Below, piece by piece: positions 14,978 through 17,127 of a stretch of 17,127 nucleotides of DNA. Origin of the DNA: Planctomycetota bacterium (GTDB lineage: Bacteria; Planctomycetota; GCA-002687715; DRQF01). Location of the stretch: NCBI GenBank assembly GCA_027001995.1, contig JALTLO010000093.1:1-17127 (forward strand), written 5' to 3'. Both the position numbers and the translations under genes were made by a program. Position 1 is the stretch's first letter; every line of letters begins with the position of its first letter. Below the pieces are notes generated by a model. The model saw nothing but the letters and a program-made list of their open reading frames with translations. It did not search any database and was not told where the DNA came from.

Positions 14978-17127
14978 ATGTTATTTATTCTAAGAGTGTT
15001 CCTCATTGTTTCCCTAACAGGGCTGTCCGCAGTGGCGCAGAACTTTGACGCGCAAGTGTCAACAGAAGTTTCTTTGGAGGCGACGAAGTCGTCGATTGGG
15101 GAGATCGTTGGTTTCGATGCTGATGTTGTTTCGTCCGTCGATGATGCTGTTCATGCTTCTCGAGAATTCGAAGGACTCTCTGTGCCAGCTTTCCCAAGTC
15201 CCTCCGATGTTCGGGGCTTCTTCGCCATCTCCAGCACTATCGGAAGGAGGTTACCCGACTTTCTTGCAGCGACATCTTCCTACTGGGTTGGTGTTTTCGA
15301 TGATGGCAGCACCACTTGGGTATCGTTGGATGGCAAGTCTGGGGAGTGGCATCGTTTCGAAGAGCATTTCGTTGGGGCGTTGGGGACTGGTGTCGAGTCA
15401 GGGCAGGCCATGGGCGAAGCAGACTATCGGTTCTTGGGCACAACCAAACCCGCGGACGTTATCGTTGCTCCGCGACCGCGAAAGGAAGTGATCTGGGCTA
15501 GCCTCTATGATGGGATATCAAGTTCGTTGCGCTACAATGGCGACAACCTCGAACGCTGGTTTACGGTTTCACCTTATGCAGATGCCACTCTCATTCGTAC
15601 GCGTTTGTCCATGGCTTCAATTGCGAAGGATGAGACCGGTGGGCTTTCAATCTTGTCGAAATCTGGAGCTTTATTTCGAGCCACAGCCCCTTCCGCTTTT
15701 CAAGTGTCAGATGGACGGAAGATCTTTGTTGAGATTTCTTACGTCTTATTCTCGAACAACGAATTCGGTTTTCAACTGGGAGAGTACGATCGAAACCTTC
15801 CACTTCATATTGATCCTGTGATTACGTCGACTGTGATTGGTGGCGCTTCTGCTGATCGAATTCGTGCTATCACTTCAGATGCGAATGGTGACATCTTGGC
15901 AACAGGAGAGACTTCATCGCCCTTGTTTCCCATCACTGCTGGCGCATTCGATTCTACTTGCGCTTGCGCCGGGGGCATGGGAAATGACCTTTTTGTATCC
16001 CGATTCTCCGCCAATCTTCAGTTGATCAATTCTACTTTCCTCGGCGGCAACAGCACGGAGATGGCCCTGGACATTGACGTCAATAGTGCCGGGGAGGTGA
16101 GCATCTGTGGGGCAACAAGCTCAACAGACTTTCCGGCTCCTGTGGGTGGAAGCAACAACCCAGATGCTTTCGTTGTTCGCTTGGACAACTCCTTGTCGAG
16201 CTTGCTGGCTCAGGGTCGATTCGGTGTTGGAGCTGGTTTCAACGCCATTGGCGTTATCAAAGACAACGTCATCGGCGGTTCTTTTGGCGGTCGGGCTTGG
16301 GTGGCATCACTCAACAGCGCTTATACAGGGGGAACGCAGATTATTTACAATCCCTCGGGTATGGGCACTGACATGATCAATGATCTTGTGGTCAACAATG
16401 GCAGGATCCTTGCGGCAGGATCTTTCGCTCGCCAGGCATTCTTGGCGAATATTGCTCACCCGGTCCTTGTCGCTCAAGGAGGTACACTTACCAATTTTGG
16501 TCAGCCCGCCGCCGGGCGAGATGAGTATCGTGGCGCGACCTTGCAGCCCTCGGGTTCAGTTGCGGTTTGTGGATCAGGGGATGGTCAGTCCCTCATTGCA
16601 GTTGCACGTTTCGATGCTACTGGGGTGATTCAATCATCGGGTATGGTTGATTCTTCGGGGTCTGAAGCTGGCAATGCAATCGCTGCCATGGCGGATGGAA
16701 GTCTTGTGGTGACGGGCTATACAACCTCGAACGACTTTCCTGCGTCATTGAATGCTATTAGCCCCATACCCCTTGGAGCTGAGGATGCCGTCCTTGTTCA
16801 TTTCGATGCAGGGGTCACAAGCCTCATCGGCTCATCTTACCTGGGTGGTACTTTGAATGACCGAGGGCATGATCTCTTCGTGAATTCTCAGTCGTTGATT
16901 TGGGTCGGCGGTGAGTCTGAAGGAAATGGTTTTCCGTTGGTTTCGGGTTTTGGTGGCGTCCCTCATGATTTGACCCCCAACGGTCAAGCTGATGGGTTCT
17001 TGGCGTTGGTGGAACCAGTCTTGCCGATCATCAGTTACGATTCCAATTTGAATCCCAATTTGACGACCCTTTCCTTGAGTTGGGCACCCTTGGGCGGTAA
17101 CACGAATTCCCCATTCGGAGTTCTCAC
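14978..17127 (+). CDS. Large secreted SBBP (beta-propeller repeat) surface protein, partial (runs off the right edge)
   Basis: Not in the ORF track; translated by hand and open from 14978 to the window end (>716 codons). Signal peptide MLFILRVFLIVSLTGLSAVAQ; SLYDGI...F.VSPYAD...I...P.AFQ...FGFQLGEYDRNLPLHIDP (the conserved domain preceding SBBP repeats); then STVIGG...D.I.AI..DANGDILATGETSS..FPITAGAFD, STFLGG..E....IDVNSAGEV.ICGATSSTDFP, VTGYTTSNDFP, SSYLGG..NDRG. In-frame TTG codons at 14945 and 14954 are alternative starts. Confidence 0.88.
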   Translation, partial: MLFILRVFLIVSLTGLSAVAQNFDAQVSTEVSLEATKSSIGEIVGFDADVVSSVDDAVHASREFEGLSVPAFPSPSDVRGFFAISSTIGRRLPDFLAATSSYWVGVFDDGSTTWVSLDGKSGEWHRFEEHFVGALGTGVESGQAMGEADYRFLGTTKPADVIVAPRPRKEVIWASLYDGISSSLRYNGDNLERWFTVSPYADATLIRTRLSMASIAKDETGGLSILSKSGALFRATAPSAFQVSDGRKIFVEISYVLFSNNEFGFQLGEYDRNLPLHIDPVITSTVIGGASADRIRAITSDANGDILATGETSSPLFPITAGAFDSTCACAGGMGNDLFVSRFSANLQLINSTFLGGNSTEMALDIDVNSAGEVSICGATSSTDFPAPVGGSNNPDAFVVRLDNSLSSLLAQGRFGVGAGFNAIGVIKDNVIGGSFGGRAWVASLNSAYTGGTQIIYNPSGMGTDMINDLVVNNGRILAAGSFARQAFLANIAHPVLVAQGGTLTNFGQPAAGRDEYRGATLQPSGSVAVCGSGDGQSLIAVARFDATGVIQSSGMVDSSGSEAGNAIAAMADGSLVVTGYTTSNDFPASLNAISPIPLGAEDAVLVHFDAGVTSLIGSSYLGGTLNDRGHDLFVNSQSLIWVGGESEGNGFPLVSGFGGVPHDLTPNGQADGFLALVEPVLPIISYDSNLNPNLTTLSLSWAPLGGNTNSPFGVL

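Noticed and set aside
15003..16628. Numerous short track ORFs on both strands
   Set aside because: All lie within the long open SBBP reading frame starting near 14978.
1..17127. CRISPR arrays, IS/transposase, integrase, prophage, rRNA and tRNA genes
   Set aside because: I saw no regularly spaced direct repeats, terminal inverted repeats, recombinase motifs or structural RNA signatures; nearly all the sequence is explained by coding regions.

Overview
Gene-dense bacterial chromosomal DNA, roughly half GC by eye. The secreted multi-domain proteins (tandem sulfatase, carboxypeptidase-regulatory-like repeat protein, SBBP beta-propeller protein) suggest a Planctomycetota/PVC-type organism; this is an inference. 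I can support 13 coding regions, two of which run off the window edges and are absent from the ORF track: a membrane protein at <1..613 (-) and an SBBP-repeat protein at ~14978..>17127 (+). Recognisable products are a secreted purple-acid-phosphatase-type metallophosphoesterase, SUI1/YciH, a RimJ/RimL GNAT, a double sulfatase with an F5/8C domain, DUF3465, SelO/YdiU, a DUF695-RraB protein and a CobB sirtuin remnant. I see no rRNA, tRNA, CRISPR, mobile element or recognisable defence system, and I cannot claim a new multi-gene system. The most notable observations are (i) a tandem sulfatase in which neither domain has the canonical C/SxPxR motif, the second having Gly in place of the nucleophile; (ii) a cobB lacking about 90 central catalytic/Zn-binding residues but still in frame and translationally coupled within its operon; (iii) an unexplained C-terminal domain on the phosphatase that may be a sorting signal; and (iv) a likely leaderless promoter with an operator-like inverted repeat.
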